From Thalia democratica (Eukaryota), in NCBI GenBank assembly GCA_965202585.1, contig OZ241826.1, forward strand, positions 94,302,001 to 94,366,000: a DNA stretch of 64,000 nt. Reading direction: 5' to 3'. Both the position numbers and the translations under genes were made by a program. Shown in pieces: positions 51,751-63,890 of the stretch (its first letter is position 1; each line of letters opens with the position of its first letter). The notes under the pieces were generated by a model that had not been told where the DNA came from, ran no database searches, and worked only from the letters and a program-made list of their open reading frames with translations.

Positions 51751-51927
51751 TAAATAAAGATGAACAAATTGAATATTTTATTTACAACCAGGTTCCGATG
51801 ACTAAAAATAAATTCGAACTTTTCAAGTGAAATACAACTGTTCACTATTTTACTTAAAAACGTCGCAATTTTTTTGTCACCGAAGCCTGGTTGTAAACAA
51901 AATATTCAATTTGCACATCTTTCTTTA
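51751..51927. mobile_element. Small MITE with ~55-bp TIRs
   Basis: aaagatgaacaaattgaatattttatttacaaccagg / cctggttgtaaacaaaatattcaatttgcacatcttt; TTAA at both edges. Confidence 0.65.
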
Positions 51928-53009
51928 AATAAGCTCTTTAAACTACAGTAAACTGAGTTTTTTTTAGTTAAGACAAATAACCATATATTACAATTGAACA
52001 AAATTTTTTATTTAAGTTTTAAAACAGACCCGATTCATTTTAAATATTTGAAAAATTGTAATAAAACTTATGGATTGAACATAATTTAAACTTGTGGTTT
52101 TTAAAATTCCACTTGTTTTTTTAGCTATGTAACGTGTTTTTAAAACTGAAGTAACCGTTAAAATAAACAGAGGTCTCTTTCTATAATGACATTGAGCAAT
52201 TTGAATTTTGTAGGTACATTTTATTACGAACTTTAAATGTGATAAAAATACTTTCGGAAATAAAATAAAAAGATGTAACTAACATAAAAACTACTTTTTG
52301 ATTAAAAAAATACTAAAACACTGAGTGGTTGCTCAAGAAAAAATAATAAGTGAAAGGGATATTTGATAAAAAAAATTATATTTCAAACAATAGGAAAATA
52401 TCTTATGTAGTTTCATTTTTAAAGAAAACACCTATGTTTACAAAAACCTCAAATAATAAAGTTTTACGTTCAAACTTTTTAGCACAAACTCTTGACCCTA
52501 ATCATCATAAACTTTCAAAATAAGAAGAAACTTTTATAAAGTATACAAATGAAGAAAACAAATTTAAAAATGATTAAATTTAGTCTATTAAACTATTGTC
52601 ATCGTGTAAGCTATGCTGAATTTATCAAACAAAAATTTTAAAAGTAATAATATTTAACAATTTTTAATAATATTCAATATTTAATAATATTTAATAATAA
52701 TTGTTATTAGTATAGTTTTTCTTTTAAAAAATACAGGCCACTAAAGATGTTTTCTAACGTTTTGCTACCTACGAATGATTTTTCTGAATATAATTCGAAA
52801 AGACTGCCAAACTTTGTCTTACAAATTACTCCTTACTTAGATAATATTTTTATTAAAAATAATTTTGGAAGACACACTCTTTCTTGAAATCACACTTTAA
52901 AGTGCCTAAATTGCATAATCAACAGCATGCTGGTTATTTAAATTTTATTTTAAACGTTTTATTACATACAAATTTTACACATATTTAATTAAATTACTTA
53001 AAACTATCG

Positions 53010-53281
53010 ATGGCGCTTAAGTGTCACTCCGTGCTTAAGAATCATTTTGTGCAAAATAATCAATCATTGATAAAGTTACACTCCGTGTTAAAGTATCTAT
53101 TCCGTGCTAAAGTGTCACACCGTGCTAAAGTGACACACCGTGTTAAAGTGAAACTCCGTGCTAAAGTGACGCCGTGCTAAAGTGTCACCCCGTGCTAAAG
53201 TGTCACCTCGTGCTAAAGTGTCACACCGTGCTAAAGTGTCACTGCGTGCTAAAGTGACGCTGTGCTTTTTTGACACCTACC
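53010..53281. repeat. 18-bp tandem array (ccgtgctaaagtgtcaca, ~10 units) ending in the right TIR of the Mutator-like family
   Basis: Ends tttttgacacctacc, like 47431. Confidence 0.85.
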
Positions 53282-54779
53282 CGGTGTAAACTATACAGAA
53301 ATTGAAACTTTAATATTTTTATTCAAACCATAAGTAAAATGTTTAAGTTATTATTGTCACAAAAAGAGTTTTTAACTAGCGTTTCGACTTAAAAGGCCAA
53401 ATTAAAAAAAAAAAACATTATATATTCATGTTACATGGATCATATTTTTTTTTAACAAACTACATTGTTTTTATAATCAACGTTAGAACAATTTTATAAT
53501 AACATTTTTGAAGTAGCAACGTATAAAGTAGGTTAAACAATTATAATGTTTTCTAATAATATTAAATATGTTTTATAATTTTCAGTTTTTTTATTAAATT
53601 TTATCAGATAAATTTTTTACAGAAGCTAATTCTGTGATAAAAAAGTAAATTTTAAAACTCTTTTTCTCTTTGTAGTTCATTAATAAACTAACATTTCTTA
53701 AAAAGAAAGTATTGTACATATATACAATACATACTAAACATTTGTATTTCTTATGGTTTTATAAACGTAAAGTTTATTAGAAGTAATCCAGTATAGTTAT
53801 CGTTTGAAGTAATAATAAGCTTTAATATTACCAAATATTCACATATTATATCTAAGATGTAGTCAAAGAAAAATAAACACACTTTAAGATTTTTTTAAAC
53901 TGTAAACAATACTACTTGCAAAAACAAATAATGTATAATAAGACAAAAAACTCGCAAAAGAACAATAAAAAGCAGTACAGGCAAACTATAAATCAAATAA
54001 AAAACCATATGGTAATTGATTGATAGTCAGCATATTTTTCTACTTTAAACAATGTTTATAAACATTATATGTTTATTGCAAATTTTAAACTAGGCTAAAA
54101 ATTTACCTAAAAGTACTTTAAAATTTAAAAAGAAAACAGCAACAAATGTAAAAAAACACGTTCAAAAACAAAGTTTCGTCCGGATAAGAAATAATAACAA
54201 TGATGTAAAATTATAACTTGCAAAAATCATGTTTATTGAGTTTAGTTTGTTTTTGTTTGAGTTATTTCAAATAAAATTATTAAATTTTAGAGAATAACTG
54301 TATTTTGTAAATAAAGTAGTAAATTTTTTATAAATGTGTATGTTTTAATAGATTTTTTGAGATTTAATGTACTTTATCAAAAACACATATAATTAAATAG
54401 GAAGGTACCTTAACTTTATCATGTTAAATTTTATTATATTAAAAAGTTATAAACACTTATTAATTTTTGTTTAAGTGTAAACTTTTGAAACATTTTTTAA
54501 AGTAAGTATACTTTAGTTAAATTGGATAAAAGTAAATAAAAAAATACTGCATTCTTATTATGTTAAATATGTAGTTTCTTAATTTATCAATATTTTTTGT
54601 CTATTTTGAAAGAAACTATTGTAAAGATTATATTTTATCATTAGTAATAAAAAATAACCGAAAGTCTAAGTTTTATGAAGTGATAAATGTTTTTATTTAT
54701 AATGACAATAATGTAACTTAGTAGGAAATCATTTTTTTTCGTTACTTGCTTATTAAGTACTATTTTTGTATTTTCTACT

Positions 54780-55780
54780 TTTTCACTTGTTGAATAATAT
54801 TTTTTGTCTTTAAAAAAGGTTTTTTAAAGTCTTCTTTTATAAAATGACCATACCTCGTCAAGTTAAACTTTAAACTTTGTATGAAAATCGTTATTGCAAT
54901 CAGGATGAATTTGATATTGTTGTTTGTGGAAGTAAAAATAGCAATGGTTCTGCTACATATCAAGTTATTGAATAAAAAGGTCCTGATATACAAACTCCTG
55001 TTAACCTTTGTCTAACGTTACGACAAAGATATTCGAGCCAAACAGCTGTTATTGGTACTGATATTTATATACTTTCTGGATATAATGTAAAAAAAAATGT
55101 TGGATGTTTGATTTTCAAACGTGTTCTTTAAAGTCAAAACATTGGAAAAAACTAACGACTTTTTCTTATCATAGAGTTTGTCTTTGCGTTTGTTTGTTTG
55201 TGAAAAGTGTTTACGTAGTTGACGGTTATTCTGAGCTTGGTGATTTAAATGATTGTTTTAAATATGAAGTATTTACCAATAAATGGGGTAAACAAGCAAA
55301 CTTAAACACAGGAAAAAGTGTAGCAGCTTGTACAGTTTTCGAAGGTAAGATTGTTGTAAGTGGGGGAATATAAAAATCTGAAGTCAGTAGAAACGTTGAT
55401 CATCATGAAAACAAATGGACTCACTTACCTGACATGGTTCAAAAAAGAGATAGTAATACTTCTGTATGTATGTGAAATAAAATGTTCGTAATTGGTGGTA
55501 GTAATCAACAATATTCTGAAGTATATGAAAGCACTTCTAGAACATTTTCTTTGGTAAGTATTAAACCACTAATAAGCCAAGGTAGATTCAATTACTTGAA
55601 CACTTTTATTATATGTAACAAGTGAGTTGTATTTATTTATTGAAGTTACAATTTTGAATTGAATTATTATGTATACAACGTAAATCAAGATACTGTGAAA
55701 CGGTCTTAGAAAATATTACGAGAAAAGATTTTCCTATGCTCCCTTACTGTTCTACTTTTCAAAAACTACCAAAAGTATAA
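54780..55780 (+). pseudogene. Kelch-repeat pseudogene
   Basis: NRYCNQDEFDIVVCG, IYILSGY, AACTVFEGKIVVSGG, HHENKWTHLPDM, NKMFVIGG, with stops and frameshifts. Confidence 0.85.
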
Positions 55781-56949
55781 ACAATGCTTGAAAAATTGAC
55801 AGGTTTTTTTCTAAAAATTTTTGTTTAACAAGTTGCATTTTTGTTGAAAATTCAACTATTTTCTATGTTTTTCTTATAATTTGTTTTTGTATTTCTTCTT
55901 ACAATAAAAAGGTCTAAATAAAACCGACTTTATTAAATGTCAATTATTAACAGGCTAAGCGACTAAAAAGAGTATATATCGAAAAAATCTTAAAGTAAGT
56001 AAACGTTAATAAACTTTTATTTACAATGTATTGATTAATACTTATTAAAAAACACCAGTTCAATTTTAAGGGATTTAAATGAAGCATTTTTTAAGATAAA
56101 AAATTTCAAATCCTTTTAGTATAGTTAATTGTACACATACGTAAAAACCAAAGACAATCTATTCACTACAATTTATTGTAAAACTTATAATATTGCAATA
56201 CATAATATCCACTAAGTATATTAGTTTCAAAACCAATTACAGTTCTTTTCCATTTTTTAGTTGAATAAGGTTAAAAAGAAGATTGAAAATCAGGACCATT
56301 TAGTTGAATAACTCCATTTGAAACATTTTTTTACTTCTACCTCTAAATATAACACTTTTTAAGTTATACTGATTCCAGATTGCAATAACGATTTTTATAT
56401 AAATCCTGCTATGAAAAACGTCCCAGCTACATCCACCACCTACAAACATTTTGACGCCTAAATAAACGATTACGTTACATTTTTTTTTCTTATCAGGTAA
56501 GTAAGTCTAGTTTTTATTATGATCTTGTCAAATCATCTTGATATTTACTAAAATAAAAGATGACCAATTTTTATAACTTAACACTATTTACCTTCAAAAT
56601 TGTATATAATGCTAACATAATGCATACAAAACTATCTTGAAGAAGTATAAAACAATAAAAAGTTTTAGAATAGTGCTCATAGGCTGAGTCATGTTATTTG
56701 ATATATTGCTTTATTTATAGTTTAGTTACTTTATACGATTATTATTTATACTTAAGGAATGTCCTAGTTTATTTAAATTTTCTAGGTTATTTTCTATCGT
56801 TATAGTTTCCAAGTAAATAAATATAAGTAACATGTATTTTATTAAAACGTAACTAAATTGTTAAACACAAAAAATTAATAACACAGTCGTCAAAAACAAA
56901 AGGAAGTTTATGATCTCCAAGATTACTAAATACACATTGTTTAAGGTTA

Positions 56950-57660
56950 CTAAATTTCTGTATTGAACACATCAGTTTTAGTATCGTACTCGATTAAATC
57001 AATTTTATTCTTAGTAAAAATACCAACTAAAACAATCTCATCACCAACACAACAAGCACCTTCTTCTATACCGTATATAGATCTCGTAAATTTTGGTGCA
57101 TTAGTAATCAAGATGAATTTACTACTTATTCTATCAAAAATTTTCCAGCTGTATTTTTTATATCCACCAACTGCAAACATTTTGTTCCCTAAAGTGACCA
57201 ATAAATGACAAACCCTTGCCTCAACCATACAAGAAAGATAAGTCTATATTTTATCATGATGATCATACGCTACGACTGATCATAAACAATTAATTAATTT
57301 TTTTGCCACCTGAAACAATAATTTTACCTTCAAAAACTCCACAAGCTGCAGCACTGCTTCTTTTGCTCATATTTTCAACACAACTCCAATGTTTTTGAGT
57401 AAAATTATACACCAGAAGGTCTTTTTAAAGTTTGTGATGCCAACCGCCCATCAAAAGTTGACTTTTTAAAAATCTACAAGCACAATAATTAAACCCTCCG
57501 TCCGGAAACGACTCCAAAATTTAGAATAATTACTAATATTTATTACTTTAGATACCAAATACTTGTTTATGTTAGCTTCAGAAAATGAATAGTTTTTGGA
57601 TACAGTCAGGAAATTATATCCAACTTGTTCTTCAACATGTCTTCAACACAACAAAACTAA
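56950..57660 (-). pseudogene. Kelch-repeat pseudogene (C-terminal half)
   Basis: WSCVENMSKRSSAAACGVFEGKIIVSGG, AYDHHDKI*TYLSCMVEAR, NKMFAVGG, with stops. Confidence 0.85.
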
Positions 57661-58579
57661 AATAATCAAAGTTTAAATAAAAAGGGTATGAAACATTTCT
57701 ATAAACAGAACTATAACTTTTATTTAGATTGCAATGCCTGATTAGATATAAATTAGGATACTTAATAAAAAAATTTTAGTAGCTCCTGAAAAGTTATACT
57801 TGACTATAATTAGTTTTAATTTTTCTTTTTATATTATTTATTATATCTTTTCTTTGAATACTTGGAAAAAACAAGTTATAAATTATAATTAATGTATAAA
57901 TTTCAATTGCTTTAGTCTTATTAAAATTATCTATAATTAAATTTTATAATTAAATTTACTTTAAAAGCCCACTAAAATGTATAGTGACACAAAAATTTAC
58001 CAAAAAATTTTTTTACTTTAAAGTATATATATCATCAAAATAATTTTTGTACCTATGGTTAAATATCAGCATTTTTTAACTAATCCAAGGTTCTTTTTTA
58101 GTAAATATAAAATAGACTAAGTTAGATTCAGTGATTTTAAGTCAGACAGTTTTATTATATTTTTATAAAATTTTAAGTATCTATAATATATATTTTTTAA
58201 AAATTGCTTAAATAATTTAGAAAATATTCTAACTTTTTATTAAAAAAGCTTTTTATGTCATTTTTTATCTAATATTTTAAAAAGTTTATTGCTAGATGTT
58301 ATATGAATTTTCATAATTTTTTTAATAACTGCATTGTTTATTGGTGTTTTACAAAATATCACATAATTCTTTTTTATAGATGTAAAGATCTAACTCTCAC
58401 CATGTAATTTTATGAGTTCAAGTGAACTGACATTTTTGAATTTAAAACATTTTAAGTTGTTACCAAGGATAAGATAAACAGTCGAAGAGTTTTATCAAAT
58501 AATTACAAAACAAGAGCGCCATTTTCTTGTTAATGTGTAAAAATATGTATAAACCGTTAAGGTTCTAAATGTAAATTGT

Positions 58580-58640
58580 AGTACATATAATGTATATATA
58601 ATGTATACATTACGTAATGTATACATATAATGTATATGCT
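58580..58640. repeat. Short tandem repeat (atataatgtatac-like)
   Basis: About 4 degenerate units. Confidence 0.7.
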
Positions 58641-59114
58641 TATAATAAAATAAAGACCTACTTACCGCATTTTTTTACGGGTTTAGGTATAAATGCTACA
58701 TACTTTGGAATAAATTCCATAACAAAGCTAAAATCTATTTGCTGAAAGTTTTTACTTTTATGTATTAGAGTTTTGAAAGGTTTTTTTTTAGATAAGTAGG
58801 CTAACATTAATATTTATACTTAAGTAAACTAAAATTACTTGTAACAAAACTAAAGGAAAACGGTTTTGCTTATACATGAAATACTGTATGCAAAAACTTT
58901 TTATCTGCTTACAAAAGCTGTCAATGTTTGCATTAAGGTATCGAAATGACTACTAGTTTTGCCTTCTTTTCAGTTTTATATAAAGCAATTTGTCTTCTAT
59001 CTAGACTTCAATTTTAACTCTATTAAAAAACAAATATATTTGTCAACAGAATAACTAAACAAATTGTTTTAATCCTTAGTTTGTAATACGTGCTGCTTTA
59101 GGTTTAAAGTCTTC

Positions 59115-59242
59115 AATAGATCGCAACTATCATATCACAGTATATCGCAACACTACAACTATTACATCACAGTAGACCGCAACAATACAACTAGCACATC
59201 ACAATAGATCGTATAGTTACAACTATCACATCAAAGTAGATT
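59115..59242 (-). repeat. About 4 units of the ~31-bp minisatellite, inverted relative to the array at 59985
   Basis: caactatcacatcacagtag-type units. Confidence 0.85.
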
Positions 59243-59984
59243 AAAATTAAAAAGATTGCAACGATAGAAGTAAAAAGATAAAAATTGTTTGAAAATAGCA
59301 TTTCTTAATTAAAACAAAAAACAGTTGTAAATAAAAGTTATAGTGTATTTTAAACCTACACTAAAACCAATAACAAAAATTAGCCATGACTGGAGAAAAC
59401 ATACTATGTTAATTGACAATTGCAAAAAAGTAATAAGTATATAAATATCTTCATACTTTAGAAAATATCTTTAATATGGTCAAACCATTACACAAGAATT
59501 TCGTCTAGGTACTAATGTTTAAAATCTTGTTAAATTAAAGTACTTAAATTCGAATAAACAATTCTGCTATTTAGCAGAAACACTGTTTACAAACAAACTT
59601 TAAATTTAATAACAAAAATTACAAATGTCTACTTGAAAAACATGTTAGCAGCAACAATGGGTCTAAAATAAAGGTCGTGACGAAATTCAGTAAACGTATA
59701 GATTAACATAGCCTAGGAAATATTTCATGAACTCAGTTTCTCCCAAATTTAACTTTATTATCTTTAATTCAGTAATTAAGTAAATGGAGACGAAGTGTAA
59801 CTTTTATACTAATACAGAGTTATGGCTTCGAAAGTTACTTCAAACATAACCAGACCTTTAAGAAAAACATTTATGTAAAATTATAAAATATTTTTAAGAA
59901 TACCGAGCCTTTTAATAATTTTTCTTTAAGGTTATTTTCTTAACTAGTTAAACAACGAAGATATGATAATTTTATATTCATACT

Positions 59985-60747
59985 GTTGCAACCTATGATG
60001 TGAAAGTTGTGTTGTTGCGTCTAATGGGATTTGATAGTTGTATTGTTGCATCTACTTTGATGTGATAGTTGTAATATTGCAATCTACTATGATGTAATAA
60101 TTGTATTCTTGCATCTACCGTGATGTGATAGTTGTAATATTGCAATCTACTGTGATGTGATACTTGTATTGTTTAAATCTACTGTGATGTGATCGTTAAA
60201 TTGTTTAAATCTATTGTGATGTGATAGCTGTAATATTGCTATCTACTGTGATGTGATAGATGTAGTATTGCAATCTACTGTGATGTGATAGTTGTAGTGT
60301 TGCATTTACTGTGATGTGATAGTTGTAGTCATGCTATGTACTGTGATTTGATAGTTGTATCGTTACGATCTACTGTGATATGGTAGTTGTATTGTTGCAT
60401 CTACTCGGATGTGATAGTTGTATTGTAGCATCTACTTTGATGTTATAGTTGTAATATTGCAATCTACTGTGATGTGTTAGTTATACGTTGCATTTACTGT
60501 TATGTGGTAGTTGTATTGTTGCATATACTGGGATGTGATAGTTGTATTGTAGAATCTACTTTGATGTGATAGTTGTAATATTGCAATCTACTGCGATGTG
60601 ATAGTTGTAGTCATGCTATCTATTGTGATGTGATAGTTGTAATATTGCAATCTACTGTGATGTGGTAGTTGTACGTTGCATTTACTGTTATGTGGTAGTT
60701 TTATTGTTGCATATACTGGGATGTGATTGCTTTATTGTTGCATCTAA
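59985..60747 (+). repeat. ~31-32-bp minisatellite array (~24 units; ctactgtgatgtgatagttgtaatattgcaat)
   Basis: Seen directly; variant units recur at ~190-bp spacing. Confidence 0.95.
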
Positions 60748-60834
60748 CACAGCTGTAGCCCATCATGACTTAATTACTCTTGCATATCTGATAGAAGTTG
60801 AAAATAAATAAAATGAACAATAAAATGTTAAAGA

Positions 60835-61138
60835 TTTTTTACAACATATTATTGTGCATAGGTTTAGTAAACAAGCTAAAACAAAAATAAAACCTCAAAC
60901 TCTGTCTAATATTTCAAAAGACTAAAAGGCAAATGCAAAAATTAATTTTGATGTGATATATCACGTTTATCAGGAGGCTGAAACGAGGAAACATCTGTAG
61001 ATTTAAAAAAACCTACAAGTGTTATTTCAGACAGCAGAGGTTGTTCCATTACTTCAGGTTTTTTATAAATCCTAAAAACCTGATTCAATTACCAACAGTA
61101 AAGATGGTACCTGCATATTTAATTATAGTTACACTTAA
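60835..61138 (+). pseudogene. Internally deleted 3' fragment of the PARP-like gene (flank homology continues to ~61915)
   Basis: 60835-60925 matches ~30075-30168; 60976-61138 matches ~30810-30976; the 3' flank matches to ~31745. Confidence 0.9.
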
Positions 61139-62509
61139 TATACATAAAAATAGTTGAAATAATTGTGTTTTTGAACAAACTTTATTTAGTCATTTAATGT
61201 CTAACAGAGCAGTATTTTCCTGAACTATTTAGTTTTTAAAGCATTGTAAGCACACTAGATAGTTAAAATTATTTTTTCTAGCAAATATTTTTTTTTAATT
61301 TATGATTTTAACTCTGATTTAAAGGACAATGTATTTTTTTTTTAACTAATATAGATTTTCTTTTAAAAATTTAGTTTTGCTTTAGTAGTTTGGTTTTAAG
61401 ATTGTTCAAATTATAATTGACTATACGTTTATCTTTCGTTTATAAATTTTGCTGAATAAATTTCTTGTAACTAACTTTGTAAAGCTTTTTTTTACATATA
61501 ATAAACTGGATTTACCTTCCAAAAATATCTTAAAGTTCGTGGTATCTTTTTGTCAACACTTCTTAGTTTCTAAACTTCGTTGAATAAATTAGTTTGCATG
61601 CAACAAAAAAAAACCTTTTTATAAAAACAATAATTAAAATTTTTAAATGGTAGTCATTTAGAACTTTAATCTTCTTTAAAAAAAATCTTTTTAAGTTAAA
61701 TGTACCAATTACAAAATTCTTGATATAAAGTTTATTTTTGGAAAAAAATATAGTTACTTTGTATTAATATACATTAATATTTTCCACAGGAAAAACAAGG
61801 ACTATAATTTTTTTAGGCTAAATTATTTTTAAATTGGAATTAACATATTATTTAATAACTTCTATGTTTTCAACAGAAAAAACAATAAAGCTATTCCTAG
61901 TTATAAATTCATTAAATTGTTTATAAACGCTTAATAAGTATATATTACAACGATAGTACAGTGTAACACACTAATAAGACATATTTAAAAATAGATTAAA
62001 AATCAGTGATTACTAAATAATGAAACTTTATGTTTAAAAGTATTAAAAAGTGGTAATGAGACTAAGCTACACAAGTGCACAAAATAGCACAAAGCCAAAT
62101 TTGCACGTAGCCAAAGTTATGCAAATTTGGCTGTGTGCTATTTTGTTACGCTGTGTTTTTTAATATTTAGTTCCATTGTATTATACTTTTTTGTAAAAAC
62201 TTACTTTAAAAGTACTTGTAAAAAAAAAAAAATTGTTAATAACTCCGAGCCTGATTGCTTATGGTTTATTATTTTGAACTATGATTTATTTAATAAAATA
62301 TAAGTACCTTCATAGAAAAGCCTAAACGTTTTGAAAAGACTTAAGCAAAAACTGTATAACATTAAAAATAATTATTTAATTTTACATCTAAATATTTAAT
62401 ATAGTTTATGAAAGAGTTAAACTTCTATTTATGCTTATATCTTTCTTTTTAATAATTATTTGTTTTTTGTTTCTTTTGAATAAATGCATATTTCAGCTAT
62501 TGTTTCAAA

Positions 62510-63186
62510 ATGACTCAGTTTAGTAGAAGTGAATTAGTGTCTCTTGCTGAAATTTATTACGATAATAGTCGTTATGAGGATATAATTAGCTACATGAAAG
62601 AAGTAATAAAAATGGGCACACCTCTTAATTTTGAAGAGAGGAGTATGATATTCCATAGTTACAGTCAGCTAGTACTACCATATATTAATTCCAAGTTTTC
62701 CTGTGATGCCTCGAGTTTAAATGAAAAACTACAGAGAGAAATAAATTAGAAAGCACAATCAGGTATTAATAGGGTATCTGATGACACTATTGAATTGGTA
62801 AATAGTTATTGGATTAAAAGAGATACAAGTATCTAGGCTGTTGCTGAATACAAATCCTTTCTAGCTGTTCAACATGAAAATAAAGCTTTTGTTGCATCAC
62901 AAGACGATAGGGAACTAGAACTGAATGAAGCGTCGAATCTTTATGAAGAAGCATTTGAGTTAGTAGATAAAAATCTCAATCCAGCACATCTAGTTGCAAT
63001 TCATATTGCGTGGTTTTACTCTGGCTTTCTTTTTAATTCGATTAGTTTAGCTGATAAAGCTCGTTCTATTGCTACTGCAGCCTACGAAAAAGGTTTATCG
63101 GGTTATCTGATTTGCCAGAAGAGTTAAAAGACGCAGCTGACATAGCACTAGAAAATCTGAAAGAAAATATTGACAGTTGGAGTTAG
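62510..63186 (+). pseudogene. Highly divergent intronless 14-3-3-like pseudogene
   Basis: ELVSLAE....RYEDII.YMKEV....PLNFEER; A..LYEEAFE...KNL.PAH.V; A..IAT.AY; ...ENLKENIDSW. Two in-frame TAG and one frameshift near 63110. Confidence 0.85.
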
Positions 63187-63890
63187 TTTATTTACGTTTT
63201 TACAGTTTTCAAAATATGATGGAACATATTGATATACAAACTTTTGTATCGATGTACAGCTTTTGTTGTTATTGTATAAGTTAATTATTATGCGCTTTGT
63301 CTTTTTTTTTTATAAATTTTTAATGATCTAAATTTTGATTATTAAAATTTAAATTTTTGTAATAAACTAAGTTGCTTAGGTTGAACTTTTTATAGTAAAC
63401 TAATGATAAAATTGTCAACCTGTAAGAAAAATATTTAAAAACTATTTCTAAAATCAATTTATTAAAATGATTCCGAAAACTATACATTATTAGCATTCGA
63501 AATTTTAAAACTTTTAGAACTTAAGATTGAAACCGAAAAAAATAAGCATGCAGTAGTTAATCAATGTATAAGTTACTTAAAATCTTTTTAGTATGGTTGT
63601 CAGTAAAACCACTAATGTATAGTAATTGCAGTATACTAGTATGTAAGTTCAAATTTGTTTCAATTAGGTAATTTGTCAATAATTGACATTAGAATTCAAG
63701 TAGACTAAAGAAAATGTTTTTAATTATTTACTACACTAAATTCTATTGTAAGTTTGACTAAAAAAATAAATTACTGTGATAAAATTACATTAAAACTAGA
63801 AAAATCTGCAATAAAATGTAAATATTATTCTGAAAAACTTAAGCAGTAACTTAACAATAGAAAAATTAAAATATTTTATGTGTAGTTTTG

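Noticed and set aside
59985-60747. CRISPR-like array (~31-bp, partly palindromic repeats)
   Set aside because: Units are contiguous with no unique spacers, there are no cas genes, and the context is eukaryotic.
16527-63186. Endogenised large DNA virus (Kelch, ART and ubiquitin-like genes resemble viral host mimics)
   Set aside because: Gene density is very low, spliceosomal signals are present, and there are no viral core genes.
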